From: Setoptus koraiensis
Taxonomy: Eukaryota > Animalia > Arthropoda
DNA length: 64,000 bases
Direction: 5' to 3'
NCBI GenBank assembly: GCA_048013815.1
Contig: CM106586.1
Coordinates: forward strand, 23,994,001 to 24,058,000
The notes under the pieces are model-generated. The model searched no databases. It had not been told where the DNA came from and worked only from the letters and a program-made list of their open reading frames with translations. Shown piece by piece: positions 26,579 to 40,238 of this stretch. The stretch's first letter is position 1. Each line of letters starts with the position of its first letter. A program made the translations under genes and the position numbers.

Positions 26579-28476
26579 CTATAGCGGCTATAGTATAGCT
26601 CGGTCGGTATTGATTGTTGGCGCATCACATCAGTTGGATGTCAGATGGGCATAAAATAGATATGTGAAAACAGATAAAAAAAGCAATCTACTAAAGGGGC
26701 AAAGGCTAAGAATAAAGCGACGATATTGCGATATGATTAAAAGGGATGGTCGATCTCATTTTGCTGATTGTTTGTTTAGCGAACTAATGGAAGGAATAAA
26801 ATAACTAAGCAAACACGCCAAGACAAAAGGAATAAAGGTGGCTCGATCACGACAACGTCATCAATGAGATTTTATCTCAAATTGAAAAATCTACTTGTAA
26901 TGTGTGTATGTTGTTTGTTAAAGGTGCTTGCAGGTTGCAACGGGGATTGTTGTTGCTAACGAGAAGTGTTACCACTAATTAAAATTCACATTCCATTGTC
27001 TTTGGCTTGTGTCCCGTCCCATAACTAACGAGCCTACTAAGGCAGCTGCTACAAACTGACCACTGGCTTGTTGCGGGCAGGCGGGCTAAACGAGATGATG
27101 ATGAATCATTGATTAACAAAGGGCCAGACGAGAGTGAAGATAGATTATGTAATAGCGATGTAAGTGAGATTTTAGATTAGATAGAGGAATTAGCGTTTGT
27201 GTTTCAACACCAAGCGATTTAACGCTGACCAAGTGCAGTAGTGAGGCACGTATGCGGCAGCAATATTTTGTTTGCACGTCTCACAATGGTCTGTTGGCCA
27301 GTGTTTGTGTTCTCTGACACTGGCCAACAGACCATTGGCCAGAGATGATGCGATCTAACAAGGTGAGGTTTTGAATATATTTATTTATATATATATATTT
27401 ATGTAATAGCTTTTTTGTGTGTGTGCGAGCATGAGTTTGTAGTGATAGTGGTGGCGATAGCAGGAAGAACAACAGCAATAATTATTGGTGGCCATGAAAT
27501 GAATAGTGTGCTCAATTTGTGGCTCGGGCGGCTTCGGTGGCAACATCATCGGCGAGCGTCATTGGGCAAGCTAACAAGGGAAGAGATAAGATTATAGCTT
27601 ACGTAAGATGCAAGATGCAAGATATAAGATGGCAACAAACAAGGAAAAGAGAAAAAGCATGCTTCTCAAGCGACCAGATAGACAGTGGATAGATTTCATG
27701 GGCTTGCACGGCCACTAGTTGGCTCAATCAATGTTGGCATATGTAACGTGCGCTCACCTGTTGCGCTTTAATTGGATTAGATTAATCGCAATAATACGCT
27801 GCGTCTAGTCGCTGTAAATGCTTGTAAGTCTAAATCAACATGCAATTTTCATATCATGTCGGTTGCTGGCTTTTTATTATTATGGCCTCAGACGCACACA
27901 GTATTAGAGTGTGTGTATGATGCAAATGAGAGCATCAGCGGCCTTTTTAAGCCGTCATGCTCGTCACGCCGCTCATTGCACATCAATTTGGCTGACTTTG
28001 TGAGTTGACTTTTGGCAAGCTAAGGTTGCAAGTGTGCGGTTGTGAGACTGCACTAGAGCATGCCACAGTATGCCTCGTAACTCGCCGGCATCTCGCCAGT
28101 GTCTCGCCAGTGTCTCGCTAGCACCGTGATTGCACCAGGACACAGAGACTCTCTGTCAGAGAGACGGAGAGACAGAAAGACGGAGAGAGACAGAGACAGA
28201 GACAGAGAGAGTGAGTATCCCGCGGTGACCGTTCATTCTCATGCTGCGATTTTTGAGGCCTCATTGGCTACCTGAATATATAACTAATATCTGTGTGGTT
28301 ACGCTGGCATTATTATCATGATGATTATCTATTAAATAGAATAGAGAGACAGTCTGTGGCTGTTGGCGGCGCACATGCACATCATATGCAGAACATAGGT
28401 TAGCTAACGCGATTGCTTGCGATGATTCATATCATCACATGGCAATAGGCAGCAAGCAGCCAGCAGCCAGCACCAA

Positions 28477-28532
28477 GCAACAGGTAACAGGCAACAGGTA
28501 ACAGGCAACAGGTAACAGGCAACAGGTAACAG
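28477..28532. repeat. 14-bp tandem repeat x4 (GCAACAGGTAACAG)
   Basis: Four exact consecutive copies. Confidence 0.9.
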
Positions 28533-30501
28533 GCAAGAGACAGGTGAAAGAGAAAAGAAGAAGCAGAAATGGTGATAAATTGATTATGCTTCTTATCATC
28601 AGTTTGCATCATGCAACCAACTGATTGATGGAAGCTTAATGTTAATTGATGCCGCTCGCCGCATTTTGTGTTGCTAGCAACACACAGGATGTTTTACACA
28701 GCAACACAACAACAGCAACAACAGCAACTACAGCAGCGACAGCAACAACAGCAACAACTGCATCACCAGTAGTTGTCAGTATGAATACACCAGCTAGACA
28801 GCTATTGAGCGCAGGTATAAAGGCCAATGGTACATAGGTAACTCACAACACATAGTCTACTCTATCATCACTGGCATACTGTAGCCCCACTATTAATAAC
28901 TCACAGTTTGGTGGCTAATTCTTGTGTCATAGTTTGGGTGATCATGATTGTTTAATTGTGAGCGCCAGCGAGACCCATGACTCACAACTCACTGACCAGC
29001 TGAGTCAGCTGATCTTTGCATTGTTGTCAGTTGTTGTAAGTTGTTGTCAGTTGTTGTTGGTTGTTGCTGGTTGTTGCCGGTTGTTGCTGGCTGCTGGCAA
29101 CAACATTGCAGACAACAACAGCACCAGCGGGTTACTGCTGTCATTATCATTTATTGTTATTATACATTTAACTGTTAGCTTGTTAGCCACAAGTTTAAAT
29201 ATATTATATTTTATTTATTAATGGTCTGGTGAGTGCATCACACACAGTGAGCGACTTGCATCGACGGCCAGTCACTAGACAAGCAACGAAACCGGCATGT
29301 AAATACAGTGCATGCAGCATATAGGCATGAACAAATAAATCATATTACATAATTATCATAGCATATGAATAGCAATCACTACTATATATCAATACTATCG
29401 GATATTAGTGTGATATGCATTGTCTCACTATGCCAACTTGTGCAGCATCATGCATACTACAATAATGCATCAATTGTCTTACAACATGAATTGTTAACAA
29501 CACTAATATTCAACTTGCAAATTAATATTGCATCACACAATCACCGGTGAGTGCCGGTAACAGCAACAATAACAACTGCTCATCACATACACATAAAATT
29601 TAAAATTTAAAAAATTTACAATCTCACTCCATATTACATCACGTAGGTACACAGACAAATCAATGGACAACAACAATCAGTTAGTGCAGCTGTAATTGTA
29701 ATCGGCTAATGATCACCAATGATGCCGCTGTTCACCTTGTTGACTTCTACGACAAAGGGCGCCACCTATTGTATTTTCGATCACAATGGCATCAATTGAT
29801 CGGATTTGCTCCCGTTTCTATCACGTTTTTGCTTTTTATTATCACTTTGCTTACTTTATCATAGACTCTTTAAATAAACTATTTTACATAGCCAGCAAAA
29901 TGAAACCCTTTAGTTACGTCATCGGACTACATACTGTTGATGGTTTAGAACTTGTTGGCATTATAATGTAAATGTGCTCATTTAACTGATATCAACTCAA
30001 TTTATAGGCAGTCTAGAGTGAGTTATATTTAGGGCACAACCCAATGACAGATCGAGACAACAGTGATATATCAACAGACATACAAAACAACACAAACTAA
30101 CTAAATATTCCTAACTAGTAATAACAACGGTGTCACTGGTTGCAATAACGGTGAAATACAATTGCAATTATAGTATTAACAGTATTAGTTGAAATTGGAA
30201 CAAAGAAACCCTCTTTTCTTTCATTTATTCGTTTTCAATTGACTCTCTGTAATTTATCATAGCATCATTTTGTTATCGCACATTCATGTGTGTATTATGC
30301 AAAGTAAATTGATTTTTGACTAATGCAATAATAATGATCTAGATTATTAATGAAGCCAATGCTAATTACACAGTCATTCATAATTGTTTCAATTCAACTA
30401 GCAGAGGCAGAGGCAAAGACAAAAACAAAAACAGCACACTTTAAATCAAACTAATTATATGCTGCAATCGTACAACTTAATGCAACTTAATTATGTGAAA
30501 C

Positions 30502-31182
30502 CTAATAATTATTAGATAATACATTGACCACAACAATGTTGTCATTATTTAAAGAAGTGGCACCGCCGTGATTAGTGAGAAAGGAGCCCATTGCCGGTTT
30601 TCGTGCTTGTTGTTGTTGCGATGAATGAGTGCCAGGCAATATCAAATGGGAAAGCGTCATGGGATTCAAAGCATAAGCGGGTTGTGCGATTTGCTGGAGC
30701 GGATTCACCAATCTCTGACCGAACTGCTGTCCCAAATTTGGCAATGATGCCAAATTGGTTAATTGAAGCGAATGAAATAAATCGGGCTTTCCTTGTCTGC
30801 CCTTGTTGTCTGCCACGAGGCTCGTGTTGAATTGTTGTTTTTCGTCTAAATCGACAAACGACTCGGCGTTTTGCTGTTCATTGTTACGCGTATGATTGCC
30901 ATCAGGATCCATAAAAACTAACAGTAGATCGCTAGTAGTCAGTTTGTCATTTGGATCATCTTTTGTATGTGTTGTTTCATTTGTATCTAGACTGGTCCCA
31001 AAGGGATCTGTTGTCTGAATAGATTGACTTTGTCGCTGTTGTTGCTGCAAACTGAACGGATAGTTTTGAGACAATTTGGCACGATTATCATCCACATTGT
31101 TTGCCCCAATTAGAGTGATGGTGCCAATTGTTATACCAATTGTTATGATAAGAATTGTTTGCTCGATAAATGATGACATCAT
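30502..31182 (-). CDS. Putative secreted protein (226 aa ORF, possibly first exon of a longer gene)
   Basis: Signal-like N-terminus (TILIITIGITIGTITLIGA), then a polar low-complexity region and GRQGK motif; longest ORF in the 23-39 kb interval. No family recognised. Confidence 0.6.
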   Translation of the reverse strand: MMSSFIEQTILIITIGITIGTITLIGANNVDDNRAKLSQNYPFSLQQQQRQSQSIQTTDPFGTSLDTNETTHTKDDPNDKLTTSDLLLVFMDPDGNHTRNNEQQNAESFVDLDEKQQFNTSLVADNKGRQGKPDLFHSLQLTNLASLPNLGQQFGQRLVNPLQQIAQPAYALNPMTLSHLILPGTHSSQQQQARKPAMGSFLTNHGGATSLNNDNIVVVNVLSNNY

Positions 31183-33063
31183 ATGTGTTTAACTTCCTAT
31201 TCAGTCACTTTGTTTTGGTCTTTGTTAGAAAAATAATGGCGGTCAATAAGTTGAGTTGGCACATAGAATCGCTAAAAAGTGAATGAAGCCCATTGATAAT
31301 TGATGTTTGATTCGACAATAATAATGACACAAGTTATCATATTCATTAATTCATCATATAGAACAACAACTGCAGCAATTGACAACTTGTTTCAGTAGTT
31401 GCTTTCAGTAGTTGAATTGACATAGCACAAAAGTAACAAGTGTTTTTACATCGAGCATCACCATTGTGTTGATGGATTCACCAGTGATTATGCAAAATCA
31501 TCATGAGTTCAAATTTAAAGCTATCTTATGCATGTAACTCTTATAGTCAACACTCTTTCCTAGTCAGTAATTTTCTTGTATCTAATCAAGTCCAACAATT
31601 ACTAAGTTGGTCATACAATTATGCTGGCTTAACAACAAATGAGTGATTATCAATCTACCATTATTACGTAATTAAATATTCGCCCATGTATAGACGCACC
31701 CAGTTAGTTATGTTTTATTTTATAAATTATACTGCATGTGCTAGCTATAACTGCGAATGCATCAACAATTGTTGGGGCTAGTGTACAAGATTGACTAATT
31801 GCATGCATCGTGTATGAGATGATAACGTTACTTACAGAGTAAACTGAATGATATAGTTGAGTTTTGCTCAAAGAAACCCTAAAAACAAGAAAAAGAACAG
31901 AAAAGGGAGAGAGATTGCAAAATCCAGCAACACAATTTATTGAATTGTGGATAACAAATATTATTGAAAAACAACAGCAAGTTTAATTGTTGTTGTTGGC
32001 TAACGAATCAGCTGGCCGCGATTATTGGCAAGATTTGCTAACCTTCACCTGCCGCTTTTACTGCTGCTGCTTCTGCTAACTAAATTACACCTAAGAATTT
32101 ATTATTTGCAAAACAGGCCAAGATATATGATGATGCAATGCTAACTAGGCAATGAAGCAACAGCATCATGTGTTGCTATTGGCACCCATAACTAAACGCA
32201 ACTGAGCACAACTGAACGCAACTGAACACAAGATACGACGAGATAGAGAGAAATGACGTAACAACATGAATGGATAGACCTTCACCTGTAGCAATTGCAC
32301 ACAGGGAGAGAGATGGAGGGCCACCAGCATTGTTGTGATTGGACTGGATTAGATTATACTAAACGATTAGCATAAGGTATAAACAGTGTGAGCAGAGATA
32401 ACATCAGGTGGTTGTGATAATCTCAATTTAGATCACTCTATCTGTGTGTGCTATCAGCTAACACTGATAATGATTCGACTAGCACTGGACATGGCATTGG
32501 TCAGCACGGCCGAGATAGACGACGAAAAAGTGACTTGAAAAACCAAATATTGTTAGGTATATATTATTAGATGAAACATTACGCTTACTACCGACTACAT
32601 GTAGTAATGCTGTGCTATAATATTAACGAGAATGTGATGATATTGGCTTCCCTTTCCGTTTTTCCTCTATCCAATCTATTCTTTTCTTTAAAATGTGTGC
32701 CTAGTATCTGATAGAAGCAACAAAAAACAACAGCTTTTTGTCAGACTCTTTTATAACAACTTGCACACTTTTTTTTGATCACCATTTACCATTTTACTCT
32801 GGCCCAGTCTGGCCACTGTAGGCGTGTTACGCAACACAGCTCTAGTTTGTCTCTCAATGACTCGATACCTGTTACTTTTTACCTGTTGCATTATGTTGCA
32901 TTATGTTGCATTATGTTGCAGTATGTAGTGCGCAGTAATATTAATTAGTTACATCGTTGGCTTAAGTTACATAAAAATGATGATGATCGCCTATTATGCT
33001 GCTGTTGTTCGCACAGGCATTTTTTGTTGTTGCTGTTGTTGACGGTGTTGTTGTTGCTGTGGT

Positions 33064-33064
<1 letters not shown>

Positions 33065-33110
<46 letters not shown>

Positions 33111-33135
33111 ATGTTGCTGTTGATGTTGCTGTTGC
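33065..33135. repeat. (GTTGCT)n hexamer microsatellite
   Basis: Direct reading of sequence. Confidence 0.85.
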
Positions 33136-36100
33136 AGATGCTGCAGGATAGCTTACAAATTGATTTACATAATTGATGATCATCGGAACACTACCTTACT
33201 CACACAATCGCCCATTGAATATGGACGCCCAATAGTAATTAACGCACGTTTTCCTCCACTCAACTTCTCATCGAGTTTTTTCATCGCCTAGCATAATCAA
33301 GCTGCAACCAACTGATATTTGTAACCATTGTACACAGGTGACCGAGCATGTTTATCAGGTGGTCGTAGCCCGGGGTGCTGATCGTGGTTTTGCGCTTTTG
33401 CTCAACTCATTGCCTTCGAAAACTCATCTGCACCAATGCACTTATGTAAGAAAAAAACTTTTTTCCAACTCACTTACTCACTGCCAATCCAATGCACTCT
33501 TGCAAATATCAACAAATTCCATTTTACCGGTATATATGATCCGATCCGTTTAAATAGACATTATGTAACAAAAAATTTATCAGCCCACATGATACATACA
33601 ACAGAAATAATGTAGTGATGATGCAATAAATTTTATTAGCACTAGTGGGCTGGCATTGTTGTATTGTCTGACGGCTAATTGGATCGATCATTGGCGATGG
33701 TGGCGCCATCCCGGATATTGCATCACAATCATCATAGTTGATTCATTAATAGTGTGTAATCATTTAGGTGAGTGGCTCGCTGGCGCCATCTACTATCTGT
33801 CATATTAGACCAGCTACCTGGGAATCTGACAACTTGTAGTTGGTTGTGTTATGTACTTGTGAATAAGCTAATTAATCTAATTAATGACCGAAATTACCAG
33901 AATCTAAGCAGCTATAAAGCTAATAAGCAATAACAAACTTGGTGTTGGCTAATGTTACTGCACCAAACTTTAGCCCAGCTACAACTATAGAAACAAGATG
34001 GATACATCTATTTGTATCAGTGCCAACTTGGTGTCACCTTAGCACACTTTCACGACCAACGATCTCATCATGAGCAACAACCAAATTACGACAATTACCC
34101 TTGACAATTGAGTGAACATGCACAGCGCATTAGAGACAAAGTAACATGATATCACAAGTTGAGAAAAGTGCTGACATTTTTGTTAGAATTATCAACTTGT
34201 CACAATTGGAACATGTTGGAATGCTCATTGAGAAGATGCTAATATCAGTTTTAGCTTGGCATGCTACTTTCAAATTGCTGCCACCAAAGGGAAGTGAAAT
34301 ATAAATTGCTCATACTAGTTGGAACAGTCACAACAATTCCTAAACTTTGCAGCCCAACCAAAACTCAAACTCTCAACTCTGACAGTAGTATTATTGGCTT
34401 CTTCCTCTTACATAATGATGTTCTAAACTTGCAATATGATTAACATCTTAACCAGTGTACCAAGCAGCAATCTATTGGCGGAGTTTTCAATCAATCAAGG
34501 CAGAGTTTCCATTCAAATGGAACTGAAATCAAACATATAGAGAAATTGGAATTATTCAACATTATTGAAACACCACACAAGTCCATCAACTAAGTTGGTG
34601 CGTTATTCGACGATGATGCTGATCCTTGCAAGCGTCATGCTGGTAACATAATAGTGATGACCAAAATATCACCAAAGTTTATTCGAAACTGACAAACTAG
34701 ACATGCACACCTTCATGCAGACCTTGAAAGAAATAGCAATAGAGAGATAAACAAGATAGTCTCTATGATATGAGATCATCATCATTAGCAGGCGTTATTA
34801 TTTTTCAACTGATAGTTGTTGTTGTCGTTGCGGACGTCATACTAACCAAACAACATTCAAATATTTGTTGTTTCTTCTTCACCTTGCTACCTGTATAACT
34901 CTTTATCAGTCTATCACGTTGTTGTTGTTGCTTGCTAACGCTGCTGTGATCAATGAATACTGAACATACTTTCACAAGTCGTTGCAAGTCTCTATCTGTT
35001 CCTTCCTAACACGTCTAACACGTTAGTAAGAAGCTCGTCGAGAACAACAACAGCAACTACTACAGCGACTCGTTTCATTCATCATTAACCACACTGCATA
35101 TACTCTGAAATGTGAAATAACTGGTCACGAGTTAAATCACAGCCGTAGCACGAGTGGCAGTTTGTGCGTAGATAATACGCGATGGACTTATTTATTTTTC
35201 TCATCTTTTGTTTGCTATTTGCTGTTGCTTACGTAATTCGTATTCTTATTTATAAAGAACAAAAATAATCATTAGACTTTTGCTAATAACATTTGTCACT
35301 TGCCAATGTAATATCGCACAAACTAGTGAAAAACAAGATGATATCACACTGACTTGTGAGCGCTGACAACAGATGAGATATTCATTCGGTCTAACTTAAC
35401 CTCAGTCCATTCCTATAAGCTAGCTGAACGACGTCTGTCTAGACACACACAATGATCCCTGGTATAAATCTATATTTGGTTCAATCGTAGTGCAAACATG
35501 GGACATACTGTCAGCGACAGGACAACAACTTGTGACTCTTGCATTTATGCAACAGATTAATTGAATCTTAAGTGGGTGAGAGAGACTAATTAGGTTATCG
35601 TCGTTAACTGTAAACACAATAATTGAATTATTGACTTGCTAACTCGAAGGCCGTGCAATCGACTGTCCAATATTGGGTGAAACATTCATGCCGTGCATTC
35701 GTCAACAAAAGAACTCGCAAGTCAACGCAAGTGGTTGATGATTGTCAGTTGATTTTGTCCAATCAACGGATCAATATCTTATCAAATCTGACACAATTCC
35801 CATATGAACCATGTGTCATTGCGTCGTCATTTTAGTTGTTCCCTGGCACTTGACAGACTGTTAAACAACAATAAGAAATATAGTGATAAACTCAGAGTTT
35901 ACTGACAACAAACATAAGCAAAGTTTATCTCTATCATGAATCTTCAAGCTCACCCAGGGAAGTGTCATCTCAGTGTAAATTGTAGTATAGACCGATGACA
36001 GTAGAATTCGACAAGAAGAAATCTTTGGGAATCATGTTTTTTTTTTTTGGTAGAGATTTATTATAATTAAGATAAGTTGTTTGAAACATAAAACGAACAA

Positions 36101-39100
36101 CAAAACTAGTTTCACTTTTGTTATTAACCCAATTTAGCGACGGTTTTTAATCTACGATGAGAGGTAAATAAAAGAGCTGAACGGGTTATTAACGGATAAA
36201 GTTAATGAGATTGCTTTTGATTGATGTTGTGGTTGGTTGGTTGGTAGTTTGCTGTTAGTGTGGATTATAGAAGAGACATATAGATCTCTCAATGGTTGAG
36301 CGCAACACCCGTGCCAGTAACTTGTTTTCTATTTGATTTTACTAGTTTGCAACCTACATCAATTCTTCCGGCATGATCTTTGCATGTTAAGATCAAGATG
36401 CCATTCAATAAAACGGCAACATAACATTAAAAAGGTTTATTTAAATTATTGGGAAAATTCCAATCAGGTAGTAAGATGCTTGTATGATGCATTCAGTGAA
36501 AATCATGATGATCGAAATTTTGTTAACCCTTTTCAACATTCGAATCCGACTCCGAATCTAACTTGATAACAATAAATAATTGCACACGATAGTTGTCAAG
36601 AAATTTGATTTGATGGAATTTTTTCGGTAGAAACATGACTGCTGCATGTTGCTGACAACAATCGCTGTTGATAGTGGAATTGTAGCAACCGGAAATGCCG
36701 TCATTGCAAAGCAACAAATTCAAAGCCGTTACGTTTAGGGCTGTGATCATGGTTCAGATTCATATAATAGTATTGATTATTGCTGATTTTATTTCACATA
36801 GTTAATCTGCTGGATATCGGTCAAACTAAACCACACAATGTTCTAACTGATCCCGAAACAATAATGGTCTCTACCTAATCAGAGCTCCATGCCATCAGCA
36901 TACGAATGCCAATGCATGAGTTCAGTTGATCAGACCACCAATTATCAGTTATTCACATTAATTCACGATGGTAATAGAGAAGTGACTTTTAAAGGATAAT
37001 TTAAGAATGAAACTAGAAAGTTTACATAAGACCTTAAGTATGTTTGTCATAGGCTTGTCTGACATGAAGTTAACTCAGAGTTATAGTTGTACTGTCACTA
37101 TCTGAGTCCTTAGTTGTGTTAATCATTAGTTAATGCAGCCTAACAAGCTTTATCTGTAAGTATGAATGAAAAGCATATTCATACGCTGGCCAAGTTTGAT
37201 CAATTATTATCTAATAGCTCTAGTTGTTATATAATGTACTACGTGTGCATATTGTAGTATCAAATGAGAAAAGACGCATAACTAACAGATACTGTAAATT
37301 AGTCTAGACTAATGTTCAATATTTGAGATCAATACTGGGATATTCCATCTGGAGTATTTAGATTTGTTTATATAGACAACATCGTTAAAGTGAATGAACC
37401 ATATATCTAATAATATTACAATTTTGTGTTGCTTGTATAAATGTCTTGTTACGACCGAGAACACACAGTGTAATGAGCAAGTAATTATAGACAATTATTG
37501 TTACTATTAATATTGGACATGACATACAACAATGAGAGAGCATTTATCAGATAGTTCATGGTTGGCAAATACAATACAAATCAACTGTAAATAAAACCAA
37601 TAATGCCATGCAAACAGCATCATGGTTAATGACAATGGAGCGAAATTCTAACACAAATATAGAGACTTAGTTGTTACATAAATAAACCCATGTAAAAAAA
37701 GCCCATCAATTATCGGATATACCACAAATAATGATGACATGACGCGCATCATGTGATGTAATCCGACTTGATCTAAGTTGTTTATCTGTTATTGTTGTTG
37801 TTGGCTAGTTCTGACGTCTTGCTATGTCGCTCTAGATTTTTATATTTATATGTTTGATTAAATCTGTCATCTTGCGTCATATTTTCTATACAAACAAAGC
37901 GTATGGTCATGAGTGTCAACATAAAGTGTCTAATTTTGTAGATAGATGTCGTGAACTGCTGTGTTCACCTGGCACTCGGCCAGAGTAATTGATTGTATGT
38001 TTTCGCGCGATCAAAGGACTACCCATACTGCAGGAAAAACAAATAACTATTGAGTTCTTTTTGTCTGGCGAGCGAGTTCAATCGAGCGTGCGAATGACTC
38101 AAACAAACTGTACAGCCACTACCAGTTGTTGCATGGTGCCGGCTAGACCGGCGGTGGGAAGCCAATGACTTGTATCGCCACGGTCCAACTATGTCCAACA
38201 ATCCGCACTGGACAATAATGTATAAGCTGTATAATGTGTCCAACCAAACATATGGCACATGGTTTGCATAATATAATAGAAATACAGACACAAACAAAAA
38301 GTTATTCCCTCTCTCTCTCTCTTATTATCGCGCTTTTGTTTGGCATTGATCGACGGAAGGAAGTGTGGTGTTGGTGTTCCAAGTAGCCGGCTTGTCAGCA
38401 TTAGACCATGGTCAGACATAATGGCTCAGTGGTCTAGAACAGAAGAACTACAGTAGCACAGTTATCAGGTGAGTGAGTGGGACAAAACACGTAGACTTTA
38501 GATTGGAGTGCTGTCACAAACTGACAGGTATGAGCTAGCAATTAGCAGTAATTAGGTCACTCCATGCAATTGCATAGTGAGGCTAAATGGAGTGATGTTA
38601 TGAGTGAGTGCCAACGAGTTGCTGCGCTCAAAATAGACATTTAACCATTTCGTTGGCTTGTGAGCCTTTAATCATCATCATTGATCGTTTATGGCCTTAC
38701 AATCCTAGCCAAATTTTGTATAGTAGCTGTGCGATCGAAGCCACCATACAGAATTTGTTTGTATTAGTAATATTGAAAAGATTGCTTTGAAATCAAGGCG
38801 AGATGAGTATTCACACAAGCAACAAAAATTACACTCGTAGTGGTGCGTCAATGGTTTCAGGCGTACGTATATTTTGTGTGGCAAGACAATATTTTATTTG
38901 AGGTATTATAATGCATCTGTAATGTATTGCCAGCATGGTGATTAATTGTATTGGCAATATATTATTGAGACGTTTGCGTCATGCTTGCGATGTGCTCGCT
39001 CATGATATGATGATAAGCATAAAGATAAATGCTTGTTGTATTTCCATTAATACCGTTGAACTTTGATCTTAACACTTACAATGGAATTTACAGTGGAAAT

Positions 39101-40238
39101 GACTGGCCAATGACGCACGCATACTAGTGGCATGATGCTAGTAGCTTGATATTAGCCGATAGGCATGTGAGAGGCATTGAGAAAGAACGCGCCGCAAAGA
39201 ACAGGACAGGTAAAGAAGAGGGTGGAGCAAGCGCACAGGTGAGTGGAGCTTGTTGTGTCGTCGTTTGGATGGTCGCTAGCGTTGTGAGTAGTAGCACAGG
39301 TAGGCAGATAGGCGCGTTCGATTTGCGAACGCTTATGTTTGTAAACAACGGCAACAACATTCGCCGTGGAGGAGGGGCACTGGTGTCGCTTTCCCCAGGA
39401 CGCACGATATGTTCATGTTTGCACGATCTGTGCCAATTTGTGATACGTACACTAGAAACTCGTGCACAATTGTGCGCATCAAAGGGAAACGAAAGTGAGT
39501 TTCCCCCGCTGAGCTGCACTGTTGACGCCAGGCATTCGTGGGGCGGGTTGCGGGGCATGCACATGAGCAGACAATGATGACGTATGCTTGTCGTGCATGC
39601 AATGTACTGACTGCATGACCAGCGCCAGTTTGGCGTTCTGTTCAGCTGGCTATTGCACAGCTCTCACTGTTGCTCGTTAGTGTTGCTCGTTAGTGTTGCT
39701 CGTAGGTGCCTGTAACACTGTAATAGGTGCTTACGTTCTCGCACCGACAGCCGCACTTCTGCCCCGCACTGTATGTGTGTTGTGCTGTGTGTCACACTCA
39801 CACAGTATGTGTGTGTGTGTGTGTGTACAGCGCGGAGGAAAATAGTTGTGAGGGGAGCGATACAATTGCGTGTAGTAGCAGCGTATCTCATGCACTACAA
39901 TCTAGTGACTAGATCACTAATGCTGCGGCTGCCGATATTTTTATTATAATCACAACTGCTATCTCTACAACTACTACTACTGCTGCTGCTGCTAAATACC
40001 GCTACCTCGGCTATATTTGTGACAACAACAATTCGGTGTTAGTGTATTCAAGATTGAGACCAGCATCAATCGAATTCCCATTAATACAATCACAATCACA
40101 ATCGACTAATCGCCATCCTCGCCAGACAACAACAACAACCGTCAATTGGCCAGCGCAACAGCGACAATAGCAAGAGATCAAATCAAGCCAATCGAATTAA
40201 AAAGATTATACAACAAGCACAATAATACACACACCAGC

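Noticed and set aside
34440-36780. Protein-like short frames (IGGVFNQS at ~34485; receptor-like fragments ~36400-36750)
   Set aside because: Short, interrupted by stops, no consistent splice sites or family signature.
38420-38470. tRNA D-arm-like TGGCTCAGTGGTCTAG
   Set aside because: No T-arm GTTCRA or acceptor stem; followed by a splice donor, so more likely a UTR exon.
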